Of a DNA stretch of 64,000 bases, positions 24,529 through 37,345 are shown in pieces (positions within the stretch are counted from its first letter, which is position 1; each line of letters opens with the position of its first letter). This stretch comes from Dictyostelium discoideum (Eukaryota): the NCBI GenBank assembly GCA_000004695.1, contig CM000151.3, positions 3,904,001-3,968,000 of the forward strand, in the 5' to 3' direction. Below the pieces are notes generated by a model. It did no database searches. It saw only the letters and a program-made list of their open reading frames with translations, and was not told the origin of the DNA. Both the position numbers and the translations under genes were made by a program.

Positions 24529-24600
24529 GTTTAAACAACATTAACTAAAAGTGAATGTGAAGCTGGAATAATTTGTTTAGTTTTAAAGATTTCACAAGAT
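24281..24600. repeat. Four tandem, progressively degenerate copies (75-110 bp period) of the trappc9 3' terminus (last about 60 nt of CDS + start of 3' UTR), separated by T-runs (poly(A) on the gene's sense strand)
   Basis: Units: 24528-24590 (real CDS end, ...LVNVV*), 24421-24472, 24345-24390 and 24281-24322. All share GGTTTAAACAA(C/T)AT...AAAAGTGAA...CTGGAATAATTT (CTGGAATAATTT at 24561, 24305; CTGAAATAATTT at 24371; TTGCAATAATTT at 24453). T55 (24473-24527) and T17 runs lie between units. Confidence 0.8.
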
Positions 24601-27600
24601 ATTATAAATTTATAAGATTCTCTTTCAAAGAATATGACATCCAAAGAATGATTAAAAGTAGCACCGACTGGTAATTCTTGAATTGGTGTTGTTAATGAAC
24701 CAATATATCCTAATTTATTTGATACATCAACAATGTTACCATTATTCTTGTTATTACCATTATTGTTATTATTAGTTTGATCAATTATTGGTAAAATATG
24801 TAAAACTAAACCATTAATTGGAGTATTTGTTAAATTTGTAACTAAAACTTCAATTGTTTCAAAACCACCTTGTTCAATTGTTTTAACCAATTGTTTATTA
24901 TTTTTGAATTGAATTAAAACTTGATCCTTATTCAATTTATGAATTAATTTTGAGGTTAATACGATATTATCCAATAGGATTGAACCATTTGTATTATCGG
25001 ATGAATTCCATAACAATTTAATTTTACTTGTTAATAAATCCTTATAGTATTGAATTAAACATTTGACATACTCTTCATATTCAGTTAACTTCTTCTTTGG
25101 TTTAATATATTGTCCTTTAGCTTGTCTTAATGGTGGTAATTGATCAGGTAATGATTCTCTTTTCATTGGTACAATAATTGTAATTATACCATTTGGTGAT
25201 AAAATAAATTTAGATGATAAATTATTATTAATTTCCTTATTATTATCAACAATATTTGGTATACCTAATTCTAATTCTGAAGAGATTGTAAAAGTATGAG
25301 TTGAAGTACAATTTTTAATATCAAATAATAATAAACAATAATCATTATAAATATTTTCACAATCTTTTTCAATTAAATCTTGATCTTTTTCAACTTTAAA
25401 TAAACCATTATTTGATGTTGATCTATCGACTAAATAAGGTGATAATGATTTAATAATTTTTGAACTTGCATAAACTATATCAAAATTTATAACTTGTGGT
25501 CCATGTGTAATTGATAATGGTAATGGAATTGTAATTTTACGTTGATACTTTGTTGCTGTTGTCGTGGTGGTTGCTGTTAATGTTGATTGTGTATTACCTG
25601 TTACTGTTAATGTTTGAGTATTGGTATTTGTAGTGGTAGTGGTATTATTAAATTCTTCTTCTTCTTCTTCATTTTCACAATTTGAATAATAATCAATTAT
25701 GAATTGATTACCAATTAAGAATGGTTTTGAAAATGATTTAATTGGTAATTTAAAAGTTTCGCCAGGTAATAATGGTAATGAAGATTTGATGATATTTGAA
25801 TCCCATTGGAATGAAATAGTTTCATCATCAGAATCTGTGAAATATTGATTATTATCAGCCAATGTCTTCTTTTTCAATGCTTTATCAAATTCATTCAATG
25901 AGACTGAAATTGAATCGATTTGAGTTGTACCAATATTTTGGAATTCTAAATTGAAACTAAATGATTCACCAGCTAACAAATTCAACACCTTACCTAGAGT
26001 TGGTACATCTGCCTTTAGTATTGGTAATTTGGGTGTAGCTTTGATTTTATTAACAATTGGTAGTTCATTATTATTATTATTATCTCTTGAAAATGATGAT
26101 GTATTATTACTAGCGGTTGTTGTTGAATCAAATTCTAAAATATCAACTTTATAGGCATCACCAATTCTAACCAATTCATTATATTGACTAATTGAAATTG
26201 AATTACCATATGGATCAACTGGATGTTCTGATAATAAATTATAAGCACGTACAAATACACCTTTAATAATCAATGGACCAGATTCTAATGGTTTACCAGA
26301 GATAACAATATCCATTGAATCAGTTAATGATAGGATTTTAAATGATAATGGATATGATTCAAATGGTACACCTGCAGTACTTAATGTTAATGATTGAATG
26401 AAAATATCAAAACTGAATGGATTTGATAAGGTTACTACAACACTACACTCTTCACCTTGAGCCCAAACTACTTTTTTTCTATTTGAATTTGAATCACCAC
26501 CACTACCACCACCACCAATACCACCACCGCCAATACCACTACCATTACTAAAACCACCACCATAGGGTGAATAAATGAAAAAGTTATTTGAATTCTTTTC
26601 TCTTTGAGCAAATAATGATTGTTGTGAAGGTCTAACAATTGGTTCCAATTGATTTGGTAATTGAATTGGTGAAACCTTTACAATGAATGGTAAACCAAGT
26701 AAATTCATATGAACATTGGTATTGATACTTAATGATAATGCTTTACTATGATGTAGTAAATCCAATTGAAATTCCACTTGTTTCTGTTGAGCTATTTTTT
26801 TATATTGAGTTCTTAATAAATGGATTATATATTTACAAATATTCAATGAATCCATTAAATTGGTACTAACTGATATTAAATTATAAATTAAATATCTTTG
26901 AATAACTGACCAACCAAATTTTGGTTTCCTGTAGGATAATTCTGGTATATTATTTGTAAATCTTGATGATGTCGATGAAGACGATGATGATCTATTCGAA
27001 CTATTAGATTGAACCTGTTGTTGAATAGATTGATTGAATTGATTATATTGTGCTTGAAATCCAACATTAGTAGGTGATGAATTTTTACTATTATTACCAT
27101 TACTACCGCCACCGCCACCACCACCACCACCATTATTATTATTATTTCTACCAGAGGTAACAGAATTTGACTTTTTCATTTGATTCAATGTGAATGATAA
27201 ATGAGATTTTTTAGAACCACCTTCATCCAAGAATCTTGATGGTGAATTTGAGAAAAGATCCTCCAATTGATAATATTTCGATGCTATTATAAGTAAATGA
27301 TTAATCTTTTCCCAATTCTCTGGTCTTGTATTATAAAGGAATGCAGCTTCACGTAAATAAAATGCAAACTTTCTTCTAAATCCCATACTATAATATAATA
27401 ATGCAATTGAACATGATAATGTAATTCTATCAGTAAATGATAAATCCATACCAAAATCATAAGCATTGGTCAATAGCTCGGATGCTTCAATTCTTCTATC
27501 CATTGAAATATGATAATTTGCAAACTTTAACATAACATCAACTTCAAATTGTGGTACTTTTCTCTTATTATAACTAATTATTGCTTCAGATGCTAATTCT

Positions 27601-29047
27601 CTAATCTTTAAATCATCTGATTGAATTTGTAAATCTAAAATATTCATTGTACCATTCATACCATTAACTCCATTATTATTATTATTATTATTATTATTTA
27701 AATTATTATTTGTACTATTTGTATTATTTGAATTATTATTATTATTATTATTATTATTACTACTGCTATTTGTATTATTTGTATTATAATTACTACCACC
27801 ACTTGGTGTATTTACTATACCACTATTACTATTACCATAACTACCACTATTACTATTACTATTACTACCAGTTATTGAATTTGGACTATTAATTGGTCTA
27901 ACGGTTGAAGATTGAGCTTGAGTATTAAATTCTTGGTTTCTCTTTAAGAGAACTGCAGAGATATAACCTTCACAAGAACCAGCTAACCATTCCCAATCAT
28001 TATTACTTCTACAAGCATCTATTGAAAGATCATAATATTTAATAGCATCCAATGGTGAACCTGCCAATAAACAAAAATCACCTCTACATTTATTTAAACG
28101 ACCAAACTTTCTCTTTTTTGCTCTACCAATTTCATCCCAAAGTTTAATTGAATCCAATGGTGTAGTTATCAATGAATTATTATTACTATTTGATATAACA
28201 CTACTACCCAATACACCTGAATTCATAGCACCACCAATTGTTGAATTTCCAATTAAACTATTATTATTATTATTATTACCACCAATACTATTACTATTAA
28301 TAATTCCGCTACTATTATTATTAATATTATTATACTGATTTGATAATAATGTTGAAACTGTGCCATCATGTTCTAATGATAAATAAACCATTTTTTCAAA
28401 ATATTTTAAAATCATATGAGAGAAATCGATGAGTAATGTAGTTAGATAGAATATTAAATGCTTTCTATCACTATTATTTGGTATCATAATTAAATTTGCA
28501 CCTAAACCTAAATCTGGTTGATCATCCATTGGATCGAATGCACAACATAATGAGCTTACACATGATGGATATTGTGCAACTGCAATCTCGAATAATCTTT
28601 TCGTCTCTTGTAAATCTTTTGATTTCTTACAATCTACAACACCAATAACTCCAAATACTTTCTTATATGTTTGAAGATCCTCATACTCTGATCTTTGAAA
28701 TGAACCAATATCAACAAAATTTAATATCATACTACCATCAACCCATGATATTTTTTCAAATGGTGCTTTAAAAAAAAATAAAAAAAATAAAAAAAATAAA
28801 ATAATAATAAAAACAATGTTAATATATATTGTATTTGTATTTGTATGTGATTTATTTATATATATTTATATATTTATATTTACTTACATAATTCATTTTG
28901 ACTTCTTGTAATACTACTTAATTCAATTATATTGATTGTTTTAATTAAACTTGTATATTCTTTATATTTTTCTGGTGAGATATCACCAATTGGAAGAATT
29001 AGAATTTTAATTGATCTATTCTCTGTGAATGTTAAATTCATTTCCAT
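24531..29047 (-). CDS. trappc9: TRAPP complex subunit 9 (TRAPPC9/NIBP/Trs120) homologue; 2 exons, about 1464 aa
   Basis: Exon 1 is 28888..29047: MEMNLTFTENRSIKILILPIGDISPEKYKEYTSLIKT...SQNEL, phase 1, donor GTAAGT. The intron is 28766..28887. Exon 2 is 24531..28765 (the long ORF). Matches to human TRAPPC9: YKKVFGVIGVVDCKKSKDLQETKRLFE~[27 protein letters not shown] and GRLNKCRGDFCLLAGSPLDAIKYYDLSIDACRSNNDWEWLAGSCEG~[46 protein letters not shown]. Many Asn/Ser/Gly low-complexity inserts. Confidence 0.85.
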
Positions 29048-29220
29048 TTTTTTTTTTATTTTTTTTTTTTTAAAAAAAAAATTAATTAATTAAATATTAA
29101 AAAAAAAAATAAAATAAAATAAAATAAAAAATTTTAAAAAATAAATAATAATGCCAAATTTGAAGGATTTTTTTTTTTTTCAATTTTTTTTAATTTTTTC
29201 AATTTTTTTTTTTTATTTTT

Positions 29221-29272
<52 letters not shown>

Positions 29273-29600
29273 GAATTGGAAATATTTTCTTTTTAATTCC
29301 AGTGTAGAGTTCAATTGATTGTTTGAAATTTCAAGTTATTACTTTTTTTAATAAAAATAAAATCATTAAACTTTTATACTAATATAGTTTCCATGAAAAT
29401 GGTAAAATATTGAAAGAAAGAAAATAATAAAAAAATAAAAAAAAAAATAAAAAAATATAAAAAAAAAGGCGGGGAATTTTTATTTTTAAATTTTTTTTTT
29501 TTTTTTTTTTTTCTCTTTTTATTTCGTCTCATTTTATTACATTATTAATTAATTATCTTTTTTTTAAAAAAAAAAAAAACAAAGAAAATAGAAAAAATCA

Positions 29601-31017
29601 ATGGATGTACAAATGTATATTAAAGATGAAGATCAAGAAATTATTTGTTTAAATAATGATATTAGTTTAATAGAAATTGATAATGATGATGACCAAGATG
29701 ATGAAATATTTATATCACCATTTGTTAAAGGTCAATCAATAATTCATAAAATATTACCAATTCATATAATGCAAATAATATTCTATTATACACTTACATT
29801 GGGTGAATTCAATTCAAATGAAGAAACTGTATTGAAAATATGGGATTCAAAAAACAATGATCGTTACTCATTAGAAGCTGTTTGTGTAACTTGGTGTTCA
29901 ATCATTAAAGCATCATGTAGGTCTTTAATTTTATCATTAAATAATTTAGAAGCAAATACATTCAGAATCACTCACTACACTTATTTAAAGAAATTAGAAA
30001 TTATAAATAATATAAATAATGATAGTGACTATAGTGATTTTGATGATAGTGATGATGATGATAGTGATGGTGATGACAATAGGAAAGATTATAGTAATGA
30101 TGATATTTATTATGACTATTTCGATCAAAAAAAGAATATGACATATAGACGTAGGAAAAGAGTGCTCAATGATAACTCTGACAAGATTGGCAAATGCTTG
30201 GCGACTATTATTAATTTATCATTGCCAAATTTGAGTACATTAAATTTATCAATGACAAATTTGAAGGAGAGACATGTGAAAGTAATCCAATCATCACTAT
30301 CATGTAATAGGAATATTAGAAAATTAGCATTTGATAGTTGTCCTATCGGTGACCAGGGTGTTGTATACCTATCAGATGTGTTGGAATCAAATCAATGCAT
30401 CCGTCAATTAGATCTACAGTCATGTGGCTCGGTTAACGGGTTGGAGTATTTGGGGAGGGCGTTGTCGAATAACCAGACGTTGGAGAAACTGATATGGTCC
30501 TACAACCAATCCAATTACACCAGTGTCATGTGTTTAAGCAATGGTTTGAGAAACCCCCACTCACAAATGAAATCGTTGATAATGAAAGGATGCGATATCG
30601 AGGGTTGGGGCGCACTGAGTTTGGCAGACACCTTGGCAATCAATAAATCATTGAAAGAGTTGGATCTGGGTTCAAACCAATTTGGTGATGCTGGTGCAAT
30701 CACATTGGCTTCCAAATTGAATTCACATCCATCTCTATCAATTTTAGATTTATCAAGTAATTTAATTTCAACTGAAGGTTTTGATAAAATCTTATTCTCA
30801 CTTGAATCAAATACAACCCTAACAAATTTAAATCTTTCAAGAAATCAATTAGATCTTTCAATACCATTAAACTACTTGACAAGTTCTTTAGCATTCAATA
30901 AAACTTTAACCTCTTTAAATTTATCTGAATGTAATTTACAAAATTCTCATTTTATTCAAATTTCAATTGCATTACAATCAAATAAAAAATTAAAAAAATT
31001 AAATTTATCAAGTAAGT

Positions 31018-31069
<52 letters not shown>

Positions 31070-31265
31070 ATAATATAAAAAACTAATTAATTACTTATTT
31101 TTGAAAAAAAAAAAAAAAAGAAAATAATATATCAGATATAAAACCATTTTTTACAATTATTCAATCAAATAAAACTTTAAAATCAATTTATCTTTCAAGT
31201 AGGTATTTTTTTAAAAATATTAAAAAAAAAAAAAAAAAAAAAAAAATTAATTATTAATTGTATAT

Positions 31266-31296
<31 letters not shown>

Positions 31297-31563
31297 TATT
31301 TTTTTATTTTTATTTTTTTATTTTTATTTTTAGAACATAAATTTAAATCAAATGACCTTTTTATTTTATTAAATTATATTTTTAAATTAAATGACACAGT
31401 TACACTGGAAAATGGAAATATTATAGATATTGATATTCCTTCAATCATCCATCAATTAGAATATATAGATTTGTCATTACCTCATGAACCATTAACAAAA
31501 AATATTAATCTACTTTTAAGAGAATTTAGAAAAGTTAATACTATCACAAAAATTAAAATATGA
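29601..31563 (+). CDS. Leucine-rich repeat protein, ribonuclease-inhibitor-like (RNI/NLR-type LRRs); 3 exons, 567 aa
   Basis: Exon 1 is 29601..31011 (donor GTAAGT, phase 1). Intron 1 contains an A47 run. Exon 2 is 31136..31198 (63 nt, donor GTAGGT). Exon 3 is 31334..31563. The sequence has 28-29-residue LRRs: LDLQSCGSVNGLEYLGRALSNNQTLEKLIWSYN, LDLGSNQFGDAGAITLASKLNSHPSLSILDLSSNLISTEGFDKI, LNLSRNQLDLS..., LNLSECNLQNSHFIQISIALQSNKKLKKLNLS|NIKPFFTIIQSNKTLKSIYLS|KHKF.... An acidic Asp/Ser block lies mid-protein. Confidence 0.7.
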
Positions 31564-31584
31564 GATATGTATATATCTGGAAAA

Positions 31585-31616
<32 letters not shown>

Positions 31617-31945
31617 TTATTTGCAAATAAAATTAATATAATAATAAATAATAATAAAAAGTAATAATAAAAAAAAAAAAAAAAAGATTAATAGAATAAC
31701 AAAAAAAAAAAAAAAAAAAAAAAAAAAGTGCTAACAATGTTTAGTGTCAACATTGAAAAAGTTATAACAGTTTTGAATATTTTTACTTAACGGTTGAAAG
31801 GCATTTTAAATTTTTGCAAACACCAAATTTTTTTTAAAATAAATTCAAAAATTTTCAAATAAAAAAAAAAGGTTTTTTTTTAAAAAAAAAAAAAAATAAA
31901 AAAAAATAAAAAAAAAAGCAAAAAAAAATAAAAAAAAAAAAAAAG

Positions 31946-31978
<33 letters not shown>

Positions 31979-32431
31979 GAATAAAGAATAAAGGAATATA
32001 AATTAAAAAAAGTAAAGATATACCCCTAAATAATTAATAATTAACAAATCAAACCCCTAAATAATTAATAATAATAATAATCAAAATAAAAACCCTGGAA
32101 AAATAAAAAAAAAAATAAAAATAAAAAAAAAAATAAAAAAATCTATTTTTTCACACAACAAATTTTTTTAATTTTTTCAATTTTTTTTTTAATTTTTTTT
32201 TTTTTATTTTTTTTTTTTTTTAACAATTTTTTTTTTTTTTTTTTTTTTTTTCCAATTAACATCACAAAAAAAAGCATCAACACTAATATTTTTATTTTTA
32301 TAATAATATCTTTTTAGACTAAAAAAAAAAGTAGTAACAAAATTACTTTTTTTCATTTACTATATATTTTTTTTTTTCATTTTCTTAAAAACTTGTATTG
32401 ATTGATTGGATTGATCATTTCACAAATTAAA

Positions 32432-32466
<35 letters not shown>

Positions 32467-32488
32467 AGATTCATTTTCATTTTTCAAT

Positions 32489-33869
32489 ATGTCAAACGCT
32501 AAAAAACAACAAAATCCAGGGATTGAAATCACACTTAAAACTATAAATGTAAGGATTATAATTTAAAATTAATTTTTTTCATTTTTTTATTTTTATTTTT
32601 AACTACCTCCTAAGAACTGGGGAATGTTTTTAAAAATTAAAAATTAAAAAAATAAAAATAAAAATAAAAATAAAAAAATAAAAATAAAAACAAAAGTAAT
32701 CAAAAAGTAGAAATTTTTATTAATATAATTTAAACTTTTATACCTCATTTTTTATTATTTTCATTTTTTTTTTTTTCTCAAAAATTAAATTAAAATTTTC
32801 AAATAAATCAATCAAAACACAATCCACTCCGTAACCTTATATATAAAATGTCAAAAAAAAAAAAAAAAAAAATGAAAAAAAATCAATCAAAAAAAAAAAA
32901 AAAAAAAATAAAATAAAATAAAATTAAATAAAAAAAATATCAAATCCTTCCTATCTCTCCCCAATTTTCCCAAAATATATTTATGACATCACCAAACATA
33001 TATAAATAAAAAAATAGAACTTAAAAGTAAATTCACCACCATTATTTACAGAAGTAATTAAAGCAGCAAATAAATATCAACAACAAGCACAAGCACTTTC
33101 ACAAGCAGGATTAGTTTTAGCAGATACACTTACAAGATTAACAATTCATAATGGAGGTGATTTTGGTGAAGGTTTCAAAAAATTAGCAGATGCAATTAAA
33201 GATTTGGAAAATAGAAGAGATGACGTTGCAAAAGTTTTATTAAATGAATTCATTACTCCAAATAAACAGGCTATTGAAGATGATCAAAAAGCAATTGCTG
33301 TATGTACTTTTTTTTTTTTTTTTTACTTCTTCTCCTCATTAATATCACTCCCACTCTCTCCCCTCCCCCTCTAACTTTCTTTACCTTTTTTTTACCTTTT
33401 TTTTACCTTTTTTAATTTTTTATTTTAGACTTTTGAAAAAAATTATAAAAAAGATAGAGATCAAATGAGACAAGATATTCTCAAATTAGAAGCTAAAACC
33501 AGAAAAGCTGGTAAAAAGACTACTCCAGAAGTTTTAAAACAAGTAAGAAGAAAAAAAAAAAAAAAAAAAATTAAAAACCCCTCCCCAATTCAATACACTA
33601 ATTTAATATTTTTATTATTATTATTTAGCAAATTACAGAGTTAAATGATAAAATCAAAGAATCTGAACAATTAAATGCCAACAAACTTAGAGATGTAGTA
33701 TTAATGGAAAGAAGAAAGCATGCAACATTTTTATCACAATTTAATCAATTTTTAGAAAAAGAAATTGAATTATCAGCTGATACAATGTCAAAATTCTCAA
33801 CAAATTTAAATACACATAGAGATTTAATTAATAGTCAATCACAAGTAGGTGTCTTTTTTTTATAGTACC

Positions 33870-33966
<97 letters not shown>

Positions 33967-34415
33967 GTAATCTAATTTTGTTTTTGCTTTATTTTTTTAT
34001 TTTTTTTTTTTAGTTACCACTTGAAATGGAATCAATGATTAGTAAACAAGAGAGAACATTAGTACAAATTCAACCACAAGGTGACACAGGATCAGATGCA
34101 TATCGTATTTCATATGCACCAGGAACAATTCAAACTACTGGTGGTGGTGATCAATATTATGAATCTTATGAATCCTATGATAATTATGATAATTATGATA
34201 ATTATGATGATGGTGGTAGTGGTGGTCTTGGTGGTAGTGAATTACAAGCTAGAGCATTATACGATTATGAAAGTGCCGAACCTTCTGATTTAAATTTGAA
34301 AGCTGGTGATATCATCTCTGTAATTCAACAAGATGATGGTTCTGGTTGGACTAAAGGTAGAAATTATGAAGGAAATGAAGGTATTTTCCCTTCAACTTAT
34401 ATTGAATACGTATAA
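32489..34415 (+). CDS. ibrA: I-BAR (IMD) domain + C-terminal SH3 protein, Dictyostelium IBARa; 5 exons, 357 aa
   Basis: Exons are 32489..32548 (MSNAKKQQNPGIEITLKTIN), 33018..33299, 33429..33542, 33629..33844 and 34014..34415. Donors are GTAAGG/GTATGT/GTAAGA/GTAGGT; intron 4 carries (AAT)n. The IMD-type coiled helices are ...LADTLTRLTIHNGGDFGEGFKKLADAIKDLENRRDDVAKVLLNEF.... A Tyr/Asp/Asn linker is followed by the SH3 ALYDYESAEPSDLNLKAGDIISVIQQDDGSGWTKGRNYEGNEGIFPSTYIEYV*. Confidence 0.8.
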
Positions 34416-34537
34416 AAACAAAACAAAACAAAAACAAAACAAAAAAAAAAACAAAAAAAACAAAAAAACTATCATTTTTAAAAATATCCAAAATTTAATT
34501 AATAATAATAATACTTTTTTTTTTTCCCCTCAAGTCC

Positions 34538-34570
<33 letters not shown>

Positions 34571-34971
34571 CCACCACACACCCACACCTCCAAAATTGTA
34601 CTTATTTATTAACTTACCTAACACATTGCCATGGCAATCATAATCAATCAATCAATAATTAAAAAAAAAAAAAGAAAAATTTAAATAAAAAAAAAATATA
34701 AAAAATATGTTATCAATCTTCTTGTGTAATTGAGTTTTTGGAAATTTTTTTTTTTTTGACCCAAGCATAAATTAAGATATTCCCATCATTTTGGAACACC
34801 AGTTTTGTTTTTTTTTTTTTTTTTAATATGTACGAGTTTTTTTTTATTTTTTGTTTTTGTTTTTTGTTTTTGTTGTTTTTGTTGTTTCTTGTTTTTTTTT
34901 TTTTTATTATTTTCTAATATTACTAAGGTTTATTATATATATATAAATGTTTTTTTCTTTTTACTATTATT

Positions 34972-35599
34972 TTAAAGGTCTCTGAGAAGTGCGGCAGCTC
35001 TCTTTCCAGTTTGTGGTGGCATCCATCTTGTAAAGTATACATTTTGATGTGGTGATGCAAGGAAACTATAATAATAATAATTATAATAATATAGTAGTAA
35101 TTATTTGTTAATAACTAAACTAATTTACCATATGGTTCTCCTCCTCCTCCTCCTCCTCCTCCTATATATTATTTGTTGGGAAAATTTCTGAATAAATAAT
35201 AAATAAATATAAAAATCTATAATCTTACTTAATATCATTCTCTGCTTGTAAAATTGGTAAAATCATTGATAATCTTCTCTTTTCTTCTTCTTCTCTTGCG
35301 CTAAATTTGCAAAAAATAATAAAACAAAGAGTTAGACATATGATCATATGTAGCAATTATAAAAAAAAGAATTTAAATATTATTATTATTTATTATTTAT
35401 TATTGTTATTATTTTATTCTTACTTTCTTTCAACTTTATCTGAAAAGAAAATGTAAGTACCAACAGCCATAATTGAAAAGACACCTGCGAAAATGTAGGC
35501 ACCTGGAATTGGTGAAGTTGAAGTTCTAGCATATTTTAATTTTGGGAAACCTCCAGCTGGTGGTAAATCTTGTACCCATTTTTGTCTATATCCAACCAT
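34972..35599 (-). CDS. ndufa13: NADH dehydrogenase [ubiquinone] 1 alpha subcomplex subunit 13 (NDUFA13/GRIM-19); 3 confident exons (113 aa) plus an optional 33-nt micro-exon
   Basis: Exon 1 is 35424..35599: MVGYRQKWVQDLPPAGGFPKLKYARTSTSPIPGAYIFAGVFSIMAVGTYIFFSDKVER, phase 2, donor GTAAGA. Exon 2 is 35229..35300: NAREEEEKRRLSMILPILQAENDI, donor GTAAGA. The terminal exon is 34972..35065: (N)FLASPHQNVYFTRWMPPQTGKRAAALLRDL*. Matches to human: MPPPGGYGPIDYKR, ARIALLPLLQAETDRR and VFHTTRWVPP. An alternative model inserts exon 35129..35161 (ag|GAGGAGG...CCATATG|gtaaat), read as KRRRRRRRTIC and built from the (CCT)7 repeat. Confidence 0.7.
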
Positions 35600-35966
35600 T
35601 TTTTTATATTATGTAAATGTATGATTCAAATTGTGATTGAAAAAAAAAAAAAAAAAAAAAATTAAAAAATTCAAAAAAATTCAAAAAAAAAAATAAAAAA
35701 AAAAAAAAAAAATATGAGCGACAATGCTCTTTCTCTCTCTCCTCTAGAAAATGAAAATATGAGAAAACAGTATTTACAATTTTTTTATTTTTATTGAATA
35801 TTAAAAAATCCCTTTTTTTTTTGGTGTCATTATTAAATTCATTTTTCGTTTTTCGTTTTTTGTTTTTTTTTTTGTGTGCATCTTAAAAATTTAGATCTTT
35901 CCATTTCTTTTTTTTTTTTTTTTTTTTTTACTTTTTATGATATAGTCAAATTTGGTGAGTTTTTTT

Positions 35967-36520
35967 TTAACAACCATATAATCTTGTGTACATTCTAGCT
36001 AATGAGTCATGACCTTTAACATCACCATTTCTAATTAAATTACCTGCGTCACAATTTAAAGGGCTATCAGCCTCTGGTAATGATAATAATGCTATAATTG
36101 ATCTACAAACTGACTGAAGGGTATAAATTGCTGACCATGATGTTTTTAATAAATCTAAACAAATTTCACCAGTCTAAATATATATATTATTTTTTTAAAA
36201 AAAAAGTGTGTGTGTTAGATATTATTATTCTTTTATTATTTTTATTTATTTCTTTATTTATAGAGATTGAGATTTACCTTAAAATGAATATTTGGATGAA
36301 AAATTTTTGTAACAAATTTAATAGTTGGAGGTTGTAATGGATAGTTTGTAGGAACTGATATATCTAATTCAAATTTACCATTTTCATATGGTGTATCTGG
36401 TGGTCCCTTTATAATTGCTACCCATCTATATAAATCACTTTCATCTCTTGGATATAATAAAATGTCTTCAAATTCTTCATTTTGTAAGACTTTATATTCT
36501 TTCATTAATCTTGCTGCCAT
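35967..36520 (-). CDS. pex4: Ubiquitin-conjugating enzyme E2, Pex4 (peroxin-4/UBC10)-like; 2 exons, 149 aa
   Basis: Exon 1 is 36278..36520 (MAARLMKEYKVLQNEE...WVAIIKGPPDTPYENGKFELDISVPTNYPLQPPTIKFVTKIFHPNIHFK, donor GTAAAT). Exon 2 is 35967..36173 (TGEICLDLLKTSWSAIYTLQSVCRSIIALLSLPEADSPLNCDAGNLIRNGD...LYGC*). This is a UBC fold with HPN and active-site Cys. Block-wise match to yeast Pex4: RIVKEYKV, WEAIISGPSDTPYENHQF, SATGEICLNILK and CDSPLDVDIGNIIRCGD. Confidence 0.7.
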
Positions 36521-36912
36521 TTTTTATTTTTTTTTTATTTGTTAATTTTATTTATTATTATTATTATTATTATTGTTTTTTTGTATTCTTAAAAAAAAAA
36601 AAAACTTCCTTCTCGTGTTCTTTTGTGTTTTTTTTTTGTGTTGTTAAACGTAACTTCTTTGTGAGTGTGTTTTCTTTTTTTTAATTTAAAAAAAAAATAT
36701 ATTTTTTTTATTTTTTTTATTATTTTTTTTATTTTTTTTTTTTATTTTTTTTTTGCAACCTACTTGAAAAAAGAAAAAAAAAAAAAAAAAAAAAAATTAA
36801 AAAAAAAAAAAAGAAATTAGATAGGTTTTTTTTTTTTTTTTTTTATTAATACGTTATCACATTCACAATTTTAATTTTACTTATTTATTTTATTTATTTA
36901 TTTATTTATTTT

Positions 36913-36945
<33 letters not shown>

Positions 36946-37345
36946 CAAAACCACATTTCCCCAATCACAACAATAAACCACCTTTAAAAAAAAAAACAAA
37001 AAACAAAAAACAAAATTTTTTATTTTTAAACCATCTATCTTTTTTTTTTTTTTCCATCCATTAAAATAATAATATTATTATTTATTTTTAAACAATTTAT
37101 TAGCAATATTTATTTTTTTTATCCATTTTAATTTTTATACATATAAAAAAACAATAAACATAATTAATTTACACATTAAAATAAAATATATATTTTCTTT
37201 TTTAATTAAAAAACAAATCGATAATAATTTATAAAAATATACTATATAACAAAATAAAATAAAATAAAATAAAATAAAATAAAATAAAATAAAAAAAAAC
37301 AATAATTTGCCTTTTTTTTTTTAATTTTACCCTATTCATTTTTAA

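Noticed and set aside
34616-34629. 14-bp perfect palindrome ATTGCCATGGCAAT as a functional element of its own
   Set aside because: It is a single occurrence in a 3' flank, a zero-spacer palindrome cannot form a stable hairpin, and short perfect palindromes arise by chance in low-complexity DNA. It is mentioned under the 2721 finding only.
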